A stretch of 41,527 bases of DNA from Gammaproteobacteria bacterium (GCA_041499435.1 JBGQKF010000002.1:1-41527); one strand, 5' to 3'; shown: positions 1-8,483, numbered from the stretch's first letter. Program-made: numbers and translations. The notes: generated by a model from the letters alone, not told the origin.

Positions 1-1095
1 CAGCGCCGTCACCAGCTTGCCGTACCAGTCGTGATAGAAAGCACGCACCACTTCCTGCACCAGTGTATTCGGGCAATTCATCGACAGGTGCACCGATGCG
101 GTGAGTAGAATCGGTCCGGTGCAGTCATGCGGAGCGACGGGAAGCTGATAACACTCGGCGAGCGTCGCGATCTTTTTGGATTCACTCAAGCCCCCGCACC
201 ATCCGACATCCAGCATGCACACACTGGCGGCGCGCTTCTCGAACAGATCGCGGAAGCCCCAGCGCGTGCCGAGCGTTTCGCTGGCCGTGACCCACACGTT
301 GGTCCGATGCGCATAATCGGCGACGGCGTCGAGGTTGTCCATCTTGATCGGATCCTCGTACCAGAAGGGGTCGAATTGCTCGAGCGCTTTCGCGATCTTG
401 ATCGCGGTGGGCAGGTTCCACAGCGAGTGGAACTCGACGTGGATGTCCATCTTGTCGCCGACCGCCTTGCGGATTTTCTCGAACGGCTGCATCGCCTTCT
501 TCAAGTCCGCGTTCGAAATATATGTGCCGTTAGAAGCTTCGGCGTACTCGTCGAACGGCCAGATCTTCATGCCGGTGTAGCCTTCCGACAGCAGCGATTG
601 CGCGAGCTCATCGGCGTATTTCATGAAGCCCACCAGATCCTCGTACGGCTGATATTTGTCCAGCCCGGTGGGCATGCCGAAATTGGCCGTGCCCTGCACC
701 GGCTTGGCACGCACGTACTGGTAGCCGGCACAGGTGTTGTACGCGCGCACCTGATCGCGGGTGGCCCCTCCGAGCAACTGGTAGATCGGTTGCTGGGTGA
801 GTTGACCCAGAATGTCCCACAGCGCGATATCGACCGCGGATGCCGCACGCATTTCCGCGGCGACACTCTTGAAGCCCAGATAGCTGTTGAGAAACCAGCG
901 GCTGTGCTTGTCGATGGTGAGCGGATCCTTGCCCAGCAGATAGGGGGCGAGCGTCTGGTGGATGTGGGCGATGACCGGCTCGACGGCGTAGAAGGTCTCA
1001 CCCAGCCCTACGATGCCTTCGTCGGTGTGGACGTGCACCCATAAGACATTGGGAAACTCGTCCAGATTGATGGTTTCGATGGCGGTGATTTTCAT
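1..1095 (-). CDS. mandelate racemase/muconate lactonizing enzyme family protein (enolase superfamily); 3' end cut by the window edge
   Basis: Absent from the ORF track because it runs off the left edge. Reverse-strand ATG at 1095-1093, GAGG about 8 nt upstream. Hand translation MKITAIETINLDEFPNVLWVHVHTDEGIVGLGETFYAVEP...AVDIALWDILG...MDIHVEFHSLWN...FWYEDP...VTASETL...LPVAPHDC stays open to position 1. The 127..1044 + ORF is its antisense shadow. Confidence 0.85.
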   Translation of the reverse strand, partial: MKITAIETINLDEFPNVLWVHVHTDEGIVGLGETFYAVEPVIAHIHQTLAPYLLGKDPLTIDKHSRWFLNSYLGFKSVAAEMRAASAVDIALWDILGQLTQQPIYQLLGGATRDQVRAYNTCAGYQYVRAKPVQGTANFGMPTGLDKYQPYEDLVGFMKYADELAQSLLSEGYTGMKIWPFDEYAEASNGTYISNADLKKAMQPFEKIRKAVGDKMDIHVEFHSLWNLPTAIKIAKALEQFDPFWYEDPIKMDNLDAVADYAHRTNVWVTASETLGTRWGFRDLFEKRAASVCMLDVGWCGGLSESKKIATLAECYQLPVAPHDCTGPILLTASVHLSMNCPNTLVQEVVRAFYHDWYGKLVTAL

Positions 1096-1264
1096 TGTCT
1101 GCCTCTGAAGGGCATTGCGATTGTGTCCGCCATTCTACACAGGGACGCAAGCCGATGCGAAAGGCCGGGGCGGGCGCAAAGCCATGGCAAGCGGATCTAC
1201 CTGTGATACCTTTGGCATCATCGTAATCACCGCACGTTGCATTATCAACAAAGAGGACTGTTTC

Positions 1265-2410
1265 GTGTCATTGGCCCACAAACTGCGCAGCCAGATGGCG
1301 CTCCCGGTCATCGGAGCGCCGATGTTCATCGTATCCAATCCCGATCTGGTGATCGCCCAATGTTTGAGCGGGGTGATCGGATCTTTCCCGGCGCTCAATG
1401 CGCGCCCGGCCGAGGCTCTGGAGACCTGGATCGAGAAGATCCAGACGGTGCTTGACGAGCATCGCCGCGCCCACCCCGGACACAAGGTAGCGCCGTTCGC
1501 CGTGAACCAGATCATCCATCAGACCAACGACCGGCTCGAGCACGACCTCGAGGTGTGTGTGCGTCATCGCGTGCCGATGATCATCACGAGCCTGCGCGCG
1601 CCTACCGACGTGGTGAAGGAGATTCATGCTTACGGCGGTGTCGTTTTCCACGACGTGATCTCGATGCGTCATGCACAGAAAGCGCTGGAGGCCGGCGTGG
1701 ATGGGCTGATTCTCGTGTGCGCAGGCGCAGGCGGACATGCCGGCACGCTGAGCCCCTTCGCGCTGGTGCGTGAAGTGCGGCGTTTCTTCGACGGGCCGAT
1801 CGCGCTGTCAGGCTCGATCACGGATGGCTTCGGCGTTCTCGCTGCCGAAGTGCTCGGTGCAGACTTCGCTTACGTCGGCACGCGCTTCATTGCGACACGC
1901 GAGGCGAACGCGGTGGACAGCTACAAGCAGATGATTCTGGACAGCGCCGCGGTCGACATCGTGTACACGCCGTTCTTCTCCGGAGTGCACGGCAATTATC
2001 TCAAGTCCAGCATCGCGGCTCAGGGCCTGGATCCGGACAACCTGCCGACGGCAGACAAGAAGGCGATGAATTTCGCCGGCACGCCCGTGAAGGCGTGGAA
2101 GGATATCTGGGGTGCGGGGCAGGGCGTTGGCAACATCGATGATGTGCCCTCGGCGCGTGAGTTGATCGAACGGCTGTGTGGAGAGTATGCGCAGGCGAAA
2201 GCGCGGTTGCTGGGCGAGCGTGCCGTCAAGGACGCGGTCAGTGGCGTCGAGGCGCTCGCGGGAAATACTGAGCATTCTGCAGTGCATGCGAATCCCACGC
2301 TGTTGCTCCCTCCCTTGCGAAGCGGGGGAGGGGCTGGGGAGGGGGCGCCCAGGCTAGACACGCGCTCGTTGGGCATTCAAGACACGACACATACAAGGAA
2401 AATCTCATGA
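1265..2410 (+). CDS. nitronate monooxygenase (2-nitropropane dioxygenase-like, FMN-dependent) with a repeat-derived C-terminal tail
   Basis: Track ORF 1115..2410. Family-typical ...LPVIGAPMFIVSNPDLV...GGHAG... motifs. GTG at 1265 sits 8 nt after GAGG (1253-1256) and gives a normal-length N-terminus; ATG 1295 is the alternative. The stop overlaps the next gene (ATGA at 2407-2410). Confidence 0.85.
   Translation: MSLAHKLRSQMALPVIGAPMFIVSNPDLVIAQCLSGVIGSFPALNARPAEALETWIEKIQTVLDEHRRAHPGHKVAPFAVNQIIHQTNDRLEHDLEVCVRHRVPMIITSLRAPTDVVKEIHAYGGVVFHDVISMRHAQKALEAGVDGLILVCAGAGGHAGTLSPFALVREVRRFFDGPIALSGSITDGFGVLAAEVLGADFAYVGTRFIATREANAVDSYKQMILDSAAVDIVYTPFFSGVHGNYLKSSIAAQGLDPDNLPTADKKAMNFAGTPVKAWKDIWGAGQGVGNIDDVPSARELIERLCGEYAQAKARLLGERAVKDAVSGVEALAGNTEHSAVHANPTLLLPPLRSGGGAGEGAPRLDTRSLGIQDTTHTRKIS
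2306..2346 (+). repeat. REP-type G/C-rich palindromic element (family C), located inside the 3' end of the NMO ORF
   Basis: CTCCCTCCCTTGCGAAGCGGGGGAGGGGCTGGGGAGGGGGC. The 27-nt core is identical to the copies at 3331 and 10334. Stem CCCTCCCTTGC / GCGGGGGAGGG closes a GAA loop. Confidence 0.9.
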
Positions 2411-3273
2411 TCCGTCCAGAGAGCACCATCCGCCCTCGCCGCAGCCTGCTGTTCGTGCCCGGCTTGCGTCCCGATCGGTATGCGAAAGCGCTCGATGCCG
2501 GCGCCGACATCGTATGCGTCGATCTGGAGGACGCGGTTGCGCTGGATCGCAAGGATGAGGGCCGCAAGCTCACACTGCCGCTGTTTGCTCAGCAGACGCA
2601 TCCGCACGTCGAGCATATGCTGCGCATCAACAGCATCTCCACGCTGCATGGGTTGAAGGATCTACAGGCCATTCTCGAGACCCTGTCGCCGCCGCCGTCG
2701 ATCATGATCCCGAAGGTGAAGTCGGCGGAAGAGGTGCAGTTGCTCGACACGATCTTGTCGACAACCCTCACGCAGCACATCCGCTTCTGTGTGATCATCG
2801 AGACCAACCAGGGCCTCGAGCGGGCGATGGAAATTGCGCGCTCGAGTGAGCGGATCGATTCGATCATTCTGGGCGGCGTCGACATGTCCGCTGATTTGCG
2901 CTGCCAGAAGGCGTGGGAGCCGCTCTTGTACGCGCGCTCGCGGCTGGTGCATGCGGCGGCGAGCGCAGGCATCGATCTGCTCGACGTGCCGTATCTGAAT
3001 CTGGACGATCCCGAGGGCTTACGCACAGAGGCGCAAGCGTGCGCGCGGTTGGGTTTTACCGGCAAGGCGTCGATCCATCCGAACCAGCTTGCCATCATCC
3101 ATGAGGCTTTCACCCCGACTGCTGAGCAAATCGCTCGTGCAAAGAAATGCGTCGCCGCGTTCGAGCAGAGTCCCACCGGGCTGGTGGTCGTGGACAACGA
3201 ACTGATGGAGCTGCCGGTGATCCGGTCGATGAAGCGGATCTTGGCGATTGCGGAGCGAGTGGGGGTTCGGTGA
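2407..3273 (+). CDS. HpcH/HpaI aldolase / citrate lyase beta-subunit (CitE)-like acyl-CoA lyase
   Basis: 288 aa. N-terminus RRSLLFVPGLRPDRYAKALDAGADIVCVDLEDAV is the CitE/HpcH family signature region. AAGGA RBS at 2393-2397. 4-nt overlap with the upstream gene. Confidence 0.85.
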   Translation: MIRPESTIRPRRSLLFVPGLRPDRYAKALDAGADIVCVDLEDAVALDRKDEGRKLTLPLFAQQTHPHVEHMLRINSISTLHGLKDLQAILETLSPPPSIMIPKVKSAEEVQLLDTILSTTLTQHIRFCVIIETNQGLERAMEIARSSERIDSIILGGVDMSADLRCQKAWEPLLYARSRLVHAAASAGIDLLDVPYLNLDDPEGLRTEAQACARLGFTGKASIHPNQLAIIHEAFTPTAEQIARAKKCVAAFEQSPTGLVVVDNELMELPVIRSMKRILAIAERVGVR

Positions 3274-3330
3274 TCAGAGCTTGTTGTACCAAATCTTGAA
3301 CCACAGAGAGCACTTGCGGTTACCTTGATT

Positions 3331-3373
3331 CTCCCTCCCTTGCGAAGCGGGGGAGGGCCGGGGAGGGGGCAAG
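3331..3373 (+). repeat. REP-type palindromic element (family C)
   Basis: CTCCCTCCCTTGCGAAGCGGGGGAGGGCCGGGGAGGGGGCAAG, in the gap between the convergent CitE-like and SNF2 genes. Confidence 0.9.
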
Positions 3374-3560
3374 TATCGCGACGTGCCCGACGGTCATACG
3401 CTCTCGAACAGTTGTTGCACCGGCACTTCGATATCGACACTGACCAAAGACAATATGCCACTCGGCTCGACCTCTGTGAGTAGATCGATGCATGGGTTAC
3501 CAGCTCCCCGTCCGATGGCGGCGCAAGGCCTAATCGAGAATTTCGCAAGCCTCTGCACCT

Positions 3561-6335
3561 TCAACTCGCCCGCGGCAATACGCTTGGGCTGCTCGCGACT
3601 GCACCGACCGGTGCCGGATGCTGCGTCGAGAAGCCCGATTCGCTGCCGGCGTCGATCAGCCTCGCCAGCGCTGCCGCCAGCCCGTCCAGCGCTTCCGCGC
3701 CGGGCAAGGTGACCGCGAGCCGGATCTTGCCGTCGTCGCCGGTCTCCACGCATTGACGAAGACCGGCCTTGACCGCCGCAACCGCTTCCGGGGCTGGCGT
3801 CGCGGAGGCCGACGCCGGAAGCATCTCGCTCAAGAAGGAGAATGCCGCAGCGAGCAAGTGCCCTCCCGCTTCCGCAACCCGTTCCCGGCGTTGGAGCAAC
3901 GCAGCTGCTTCAGCTCTTTCACGCATGGAGAGGTCCGGCGCTGCTTCAGGTCGGGCGCCAAGCAACGATTCGAGCCGGCGCTTGAGCTCCTCCATGCCGC
4001 TCGCAAGCTGCACCTCCTCCAGATTGGAGTCGGGATCGAGCACGGCGGCGGCCAGCTCGTGCTTGGCTGAGAGTGTGGCGAGAAGATTCTCTTCGATGGT
4101 GTCTTCCGTGACCAGCAGATACACCTGCACCGGCCGCTTTTGACCCATCCGATGCGCGCGCGCAATGCGTTGCTCCAGCAGCGCCGGATTCCATGGCAGA
4201 TCGATGTTGATGACCGTGTCGGCAGCTTGCAGATTGAGGCCGGTCGAGCCGGCATTGGTGGTGAGAAACGCGCGGCAGGCGGCATCGGCGTTGAACCGCG
4301 ACACGAGCTGCTGGCGCTGCTTCTGCGGCACGCTGCCATCCAGGCGCACGAAGCCGGCCCGCAGGCGCTTGAGAATCGGCTCCACGAGATCGAGCATGGT
4401 GGTCCATTCGCTGAACAGCAGCAGCTTGCGGCCACGTTCCGCACACAGCGTTTCGAGAAGCTCGTCGATACGCTCGAGCTTGGTGGAGTAGCCGGGTGGT
4501 TGCTTGTCCACCAGAAATGTGCTGTTCGCCGACATGCGCGCAAGCAGCAGGGCTTTCTGCAGCCGGAGCAGGTCCATCTCGCTGATGAACCGCTTGCGCG
4601 TAACTGACTGTACCACCTGCATCTGCGCACCATGGAGCTGAAGTTGCTCGTCGGTCGGCGTGATGCGTAAGATCTCGGTGGTGCGCGGCGGGAGCTCCAG
4701 CGCCACGCTTGCACGCGTGCGGCGCAGAAGCACCGCCTCCAGGCGAGCGCGCAGGGCATGGAGGTTCTTATACCCCAAGACTTTTCCGGTTTCGCTCGCA
4801 ACGCGGTGTCGGTTGATGAAACGGTACGCAGGGCCGAGCCGGCGCTCGTCGATGAACTCGACCACGGAGTAGAGATCGTCGAGCCGGTTCTCGAGCGGCG
4901 TGCCGGTGAGCACCAAGGCGAACGGTGAGTGCAGTGACTTGATGATACGGCTGGTCTTCGCCTCCCAGTTCTTGATGCGCTGTGCCTCGTCGAGGATGAT
5001 GAGGTCCCAGCGCGTGCGCTCGATGTCGAGGAAGTCGCGCAGCACCTGCTCGTAGTTGCACACCGTGAAGAATGCGCCGCCGGCATACGCCTGCGCACGC
5101 TCGGAGCTACGCCCCGTCACCAGTTGCACGCTGCGCGTGCAGAAGCGCGTGATCTCCATGCGCCACTGCGACTTGAGCGATGCGGGGCATACGATCAGCA
5201 CGCGCTCGATGCCGGCCTGCCGTGCGAGCAGCTCGGCAACGCCAACGCCCTGGATGGTTTTGCCCAACCCCATCTCGTCGGCTAGTACCGCGCGTCCGGC
5301 TCCCACAGCGAACGCGATGCCGTCGAGCTGATACGGCAGCAGTTCGGTCTGGAGCAGCTCACATCTGAGCGGATGCGCGCCGGGGTCCCTCCGTATCTGC
5401 GCTATCAGCTCGCTCATCCGGTGCCGGTGCAGAGCCTGACCGAGAATCTCCTCGGCATCGGGATAGACCGTGACTTCCTCGCCGAGCTGAGAGAGCTTGC
5501 GTATCGTCTCGATCAGCTCGATGAGCTCGGCGCCCTCATGTGCGAAACGACCTTTCCAGGGATCGACGATCCGCTTTGCTCCTGCAGATGGGCGCGGCGG
5601 AACCTCCAGACCTAGGCGCAATGCATGGTCATAACGCGCGTATACGCCGAAGCCCTGCGGCATCCACTTCTTCGCCAGGGCCGCGGTATTGAACTTTGTC
5701 TTCACCCACGCCTGCACCTTCAGGACGTGCTTGCAGGTTCCCAGCAGATTCTTGCGGAAGTCCGGGCACGAACAGTAGCTCTGCCCGCGCTCCATGCCGC
5801 GCAGAGCCACGCGATAAGTCTTTCCGGAGAGGGCGCTCGCGACGATGTAGTCTGCCCAGGGTACGGCCGCGGCAGTTGCCTTGATCTTCATCGCCTCTTG
5901 CTCTGCGCGCTTCGCCCGCTCGGCCAGAGCCCGTGCCTCGAGTGCGCTTTCGGGAAGACTTTCCCACGGCGTGTCCTCTTCCGGCGCGGCCGCCAGTCCC
6001 AGCGTGGTCTTCTCTTCGAGGATCAGCGACAGCGTCGCGGCCCGGTAGAGCAGGGCTTGTTCGCCCGAAGCGCTGCAGTCGATCCGCAGTCGGTCCCGAT
6101 GCGCGTCATCGAGCGCCACCGTAACCACGTGGGCGCGTTTGACTCGTGAATCGGGAAACGTGACTTGCAGACGCTCGTCGGTAAACAGTACCTGCGTGTC
6201 GAGGTCGATCTCGAGCGCGCCGCCTTTGGCGAGCAGTTGGGCACCTTGCGGACCGAGAAGCTTCTGTGCCTGGGCGAGCGTGAGTCGGGAGAGCTTGTCG
6301 CGCAAAGTGAGTTGTGCGGATGGTTTGACGCGCAT
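3561..6335 (-). CDS. SNF2-family DEAD/DEAH-box helicase with an N-terminal SWIM zinc finger
   Basis: 924 aa. SWIM CxC...CxH pattern in YCSCPDFRKNLLGTCKHV. SNF2 motifs LADEMGLGKTIQ (Walker A) and DEAQRIKN (motif II). Helicase-C region LLFSEW...STGLNLQAADTVINIDLPWNP...RAHRMGQ. Confidence 0.9.
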   Translation of the reverse strand: MRVKPSAQLTLRDKLSRLTLAQAQKLLGPQGAQLLAKGGALEIDLDTQVLFTDERLQVTFPDSRVKRAHVVTVALDDAHRDRLRIDCSASGEQALLYRAATLSLILEEKTTLGLAAAPEEDTPWESLPESALEARALAERAKRAEQEAMKIKATAAAVPWADYIVASALSGKTYRVALRGMERGQSYCSCPDFRKNLLGTCKHVLKVQAWVKTKFNTAALAKKWMPQGFGVYARYDHALRLGLEVPPRPSAGAKRIVDPWKGRFAHEGAELIELIETIRKLSQLGEEVTVYPDAEEILGQALHRHRMSELIAQIRRDPGAHPLRCELLQTELLPYQLDGIAFAVGAGRAVLADEMGLGKTIQGVGVAELLARQAGIERVLIVCPASLKSQWRMEITRFCTRSVQLVTGRSSERAQAYAGGAFFTVCNYEQVLRDFLDIERTRWDLIILDEAQRIKNWEAKTSRIIKSLHSPFALVLTGTPLENRLDDLYSVVEFIDERRLGPAYRFINRHRVASETGKVLGYKNLHALRARLEAVLLRRTRASVALELPPRTTEILRITPTDEQLQLHGAQMQVVQSVTRKRFISEMDLLRLQKALLLARMSANSTFLVDKQPPGYSTKLERIDELLETLCAERGRKLLLFSEWTTMLDLVEPILKRLRAGFVRLDGSVPQKQRQQLVSRFNADAACRAFLTTNAGSTGLNLQAADTVINIDLPWNPALLEQRIARAHRMGQKRPVQVYLLVTEDTIEENLLATLSAKHELAAAVLDPDSNLEEVQLASGMEELKRRLESLLGARPEAAPDLSMRERAEAAALLQRRERVAEAGGHLLAAAFSFLSEMLPASASATPAPEAVAAVKAGLRQCVETGDDGKIRLAVTLPGAEALDGLAAALARLIDAGSESGFSTQHPAPVGAVASSPSVLPRAS

Positions 6336-6367
6336 CGGTTGGATAATGATGGTGAATGGTCGAGATG

Positions 6368-6677
6368 CTACTTTACCTCACAGATGCAATCGTCCTGCGA
6401 CGGCGTCAGGCGAGTAGCTCGACACCGGGAGCCTTCCGCATCGATTGTGCTCGGGATCGCCTTTTCATCGAGGTCGAACTGCGGTTCTGCGAATGTAGTG
6501 CGTAACGTGCGGGCGACGTCGCCGGGTGTGGCCTGGAACGCCACTACCAAGTTTATATCGTGGGTGGCCGGCGGCCTCCCGGCGAGGGCGCGATGGCATG
6601 CGACGGGAAGCTCAACACTCTTCATACTGCGACAAGCCGATGGAGTGGAGCCACTCAGCGATACTGCGATCCGGCAT
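6368..6677 (-). pseudogene. possible decayed fragment of a SAM (sterile alpha motif)-domain gene
   Basis: The 21-codon ORF 6612-6677 reads MPDRSIAEWLHSIGLSQYEEC-stop, like the N-terminus of bacterial SAM-domain proteins. A different frame continues with HDINLVVAFQATPGDV, resembling the following NDIDxxVLxxLTxxDL segment. No intact ORF. Similarity judged by eye only. Confidence 0.25.
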
Positions 6678-6771
6678 CTGCCTCCCCTTCGCGGCGATTC
6701 CGTCCTAGAGGATTGGCGTACATGGTCGGTATGCTCCCCACGCCGCCACGCTCTCCGCAAAACCTGGCCCG

Positions 6772-7068
6772 TCAAACCTGAGGATATCCTAACTCGCGCT
6801 GATGGCGGATGCGTAGTACTCGAACGATATCGAACGAAGGGGAAAACCGATACAGCGCCAGAAACCCGGTCTTTCCTCTGGAGATCACGAGTTCCCGCAG
6901 GTCGTGTTTGGTGACACGACCGATCAAGGGGTGGTCGCCGAGGACTCCGATCGCCTGCCGTATGGGTGCTACCTGCGCAGCAGCAAGCTGAGGATCGTCT
7001 TTGGCGTAGGAGGTGAAGACCCGCTCAAAATCCTCCAGCGCGCGTTGGGAGAACGCTATTTGCGCCAA
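6772..7068 (-). CDS. type II toxin, RelE/ParE family
   Basis: 98 aa. The size and the C-terminal ...RELVISRGKTGFLALYRFSPSFDIVRVLRIRHQRE pattern are typical of ParE/RelE plasmid-stabilisation toxins. Overlaps the upstream RHH gene by 13 nt. Confidence 0.8.
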   Translation of the reverse strand: MAQIAFSQRALEDFERVFTSYAKDDPQLAAAQVAPIRQAIGVLGDHPLIGRVTKHDLRELVISRGKTGFLALYRFSPSFDIVRVLRIRHQRELGYPQV

Positions 7069-7346
7069 GCCTTGGGCCTTGGACGTCTGGCGCGCTTACC
7101 TTCGGCACGGGCGGTCATGTAGCGGAACACGTCCTCGGCCGCATAGTAAAGGCCCGTGTTATCCATGTCCCGCTCGGCTTCCAGAGCTTCGGCAAGGAAT
7201 GCCTCATAGCGCTCCGCGCGCGCGGTTTCATGCTCGATTGCTTCAAGCATGAATGCATGCGCAGACTTCCCGGCGGCCTGGGCCGCAGCGTCTACCCTCG
7301 CTTTGAGCTCGGGCGGGATTTTGAGACTGGTGGCTAGGGTCGACAT
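7056..7346 (-). CDS. type II antitoxin, ribbon-helix-helix (CopG/Arc/MetJ-like)
   Basis: 96 aa. N-terminal RHH-like LKIPPELKARVDAAAQAAGKSAHAFMLEAI. Lies immediately upstream of, and overlapping, the toxin gene. Confidence 0.78.
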   Translation of the reverse strand: MSTLATSLKIPPELKARVDAAAQAAGKSAHAFMLEAIEHETARAERYEAFLAEALEAERDMDNTGLYYAAEDVFRYMTARAEGKRARRPRPKAWRK

Positions 7347-7430
7347 AGGTAGTCAAATAGTAGTACCGCGAGAGCGTATCGTCAATATGAATCTTCGCGA
7401 TAGAATCCGCCTTATCCATCGAGTATCCAC

Positions 7431-8483
7431 ATGAATGCACCCGAGACCAAGCTTCCGCGCCTCACCAGCCTCTCCCACGGCGGGGGCTGCGGCTGCAAGA
7501 TTGCGCCCGCTCTGCTCGAGCAGATCATCGCAAAGAGCAGCGCCGGCATCCTGCCGAAGCAGTTGCTGGTCGGAACGGAAACCAGCGACGATGCTGCGGT
7601 CTACCAGATCAACGAATCGCAGGCCATCGTCGCCACCACGGACTTCTTCATGCCGATCGTCGATGATCCGTTCGACTTCGGGGCGATTGCAGCGACCAAC
7701 GCCATCTCCGACGTATATGCAATGGGGGGCACGCCGCTGTTCGCGCTCGCGCTGGTCGGCATGCCGATCAACACGTTGCCGATCGATACCATACGCAAGA
7801 TTCTGGAGGGTGGGGAATCGATCTGCGCGAAGGCCGGCATTCCCGTCGCCGGGGGTCACAGCATCGATTCGGTCGAGCCGATCTACGGGTTGGTTGCGAT
7901 CGGGCTGGTCCATCCTAAGAACGTCAAGCGCAATGCCGACGCCAGGCCCGGGGACAAGCTGATCCTCGGCAAGCCGCTCGGTGTGGGCGTCTACAGCGCC
8001 GCGTTGAAGAAGGATGCGCTCGATGAGACCAGCTATCGCGCGCTGATCGAGAGCACAACGAAGCTCAATACACCGGGCCGCGCGCTCGGCGAGATCAAAG
8101 AGGTCCACGCCCTCACTGATGTCACGGGATTCGGCCTGCTCGGACATCTCCTTGAGGTATGCAAGGGCTCGTCCGCTTCCGCGACCGTCGAGTGGAGTCG
8201 CATTCCACTTTTGCCGAATGTGCGTGCGCTGGTAGAGGTGGGCTACAAGACCGGCGCGTCCGGGCGCAACTGGAGTGGATACGGCACGAGAGTGGATCTC
8301 GGCCGGTATGGCGATGTCGAACAGGCGCTGCTCACCGATCCCCAGACCAGCGGCGGACTGCTGGTGACGTGTGCCCCATCGGCAGCCGACGATGTGCTGC
8401 AGATTTTCCGGGCGGAAGGCTTTCAACAGGCGTGTATCATAGGCGAGATGGGGTCTGGCGAGCCGGGCGTGCGAGTGGTGTGA
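7431..8483 (+). CDS. selD: selenide, water dikinase (selenophosphate synthetase), Cys-type
   Basis: 350 aa. N-terminal LTSLSHGGGCGCKIAP matches the SelD glycine-rich active-site loop (Cys at the Sec/Cys position). AIR-synthase-like fold motifs follow, e.g. DDAAVY and ATTDFF. Confidence 0.92.
   Translation: MNAPETKLPRLTSLSHGGGCGCKIAPALLEQIIAKSSAGILPKQLLVGTETSDDAAVYQINESQAIVATTDFFMPIVDDPFDFGAIAATNAISDVYAMGGTPLFALALVGMPINTLPIDTIRKILEGGESICAKAGIPVAGGHSIDSVEPIYGLVAIGLVHPKNVKRNADARPGDKLILGKPLGVGVYSAALKKDALDETSYRALIESTTKLNTPGRALGEIKEVHALTDVTGFGLLGHLLEVCKGSSASATVEWSRIPLLPNVRALVEVGYKTGASGRNWSGYGTRVDLGRYGDVEQALLTDPQTSGGLLVTCAPSAADDVLQIFRAEGFQQACIIGEMGSGEPGVRVV

Noticed and set aside
127-1044. 305-aa + strand ORF (MRSDGKLITLGERRDLFGF...)
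   Set aside because: Its R/L/G/V-rich composition is typical of an antisense shadow in GC-rich DNA. The opposite strand encodes a clearly recognisable enolase-superfamily protein over the same span.
1205-1235. Sigma-54-like TGGCAT in the divergent region upstream of the NMO gene (also TGGCAC at about 18198-18203)
   Set aside because: The required GC/TTGC element 10 nt downstream of the GG is absent in both cases.
6336-6360. Partial motif GGATAATGATGG just upstream of the SNF2 start, resembling GGATAATTCATGAGG
   Set aside because: Only about 10 of 15 positions match, with an indel. It lacks the TAGCC and GACTCG/ACGCCCC flanks, so it is not counted as a copy.
7347-7430. Direct repeat GTAGT-N6-GTAGT (within GGTAGTCAAATAGTAGTACC) as the RHH antitoxin operator, in the AT-richer selD/antitoxin divergent region
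   Set aside because: Plausible for an RHH autorepressor, but the repeat is only 5 nt and I cannot distinguish it from chance without comparative data, so it is not reported as a feature.
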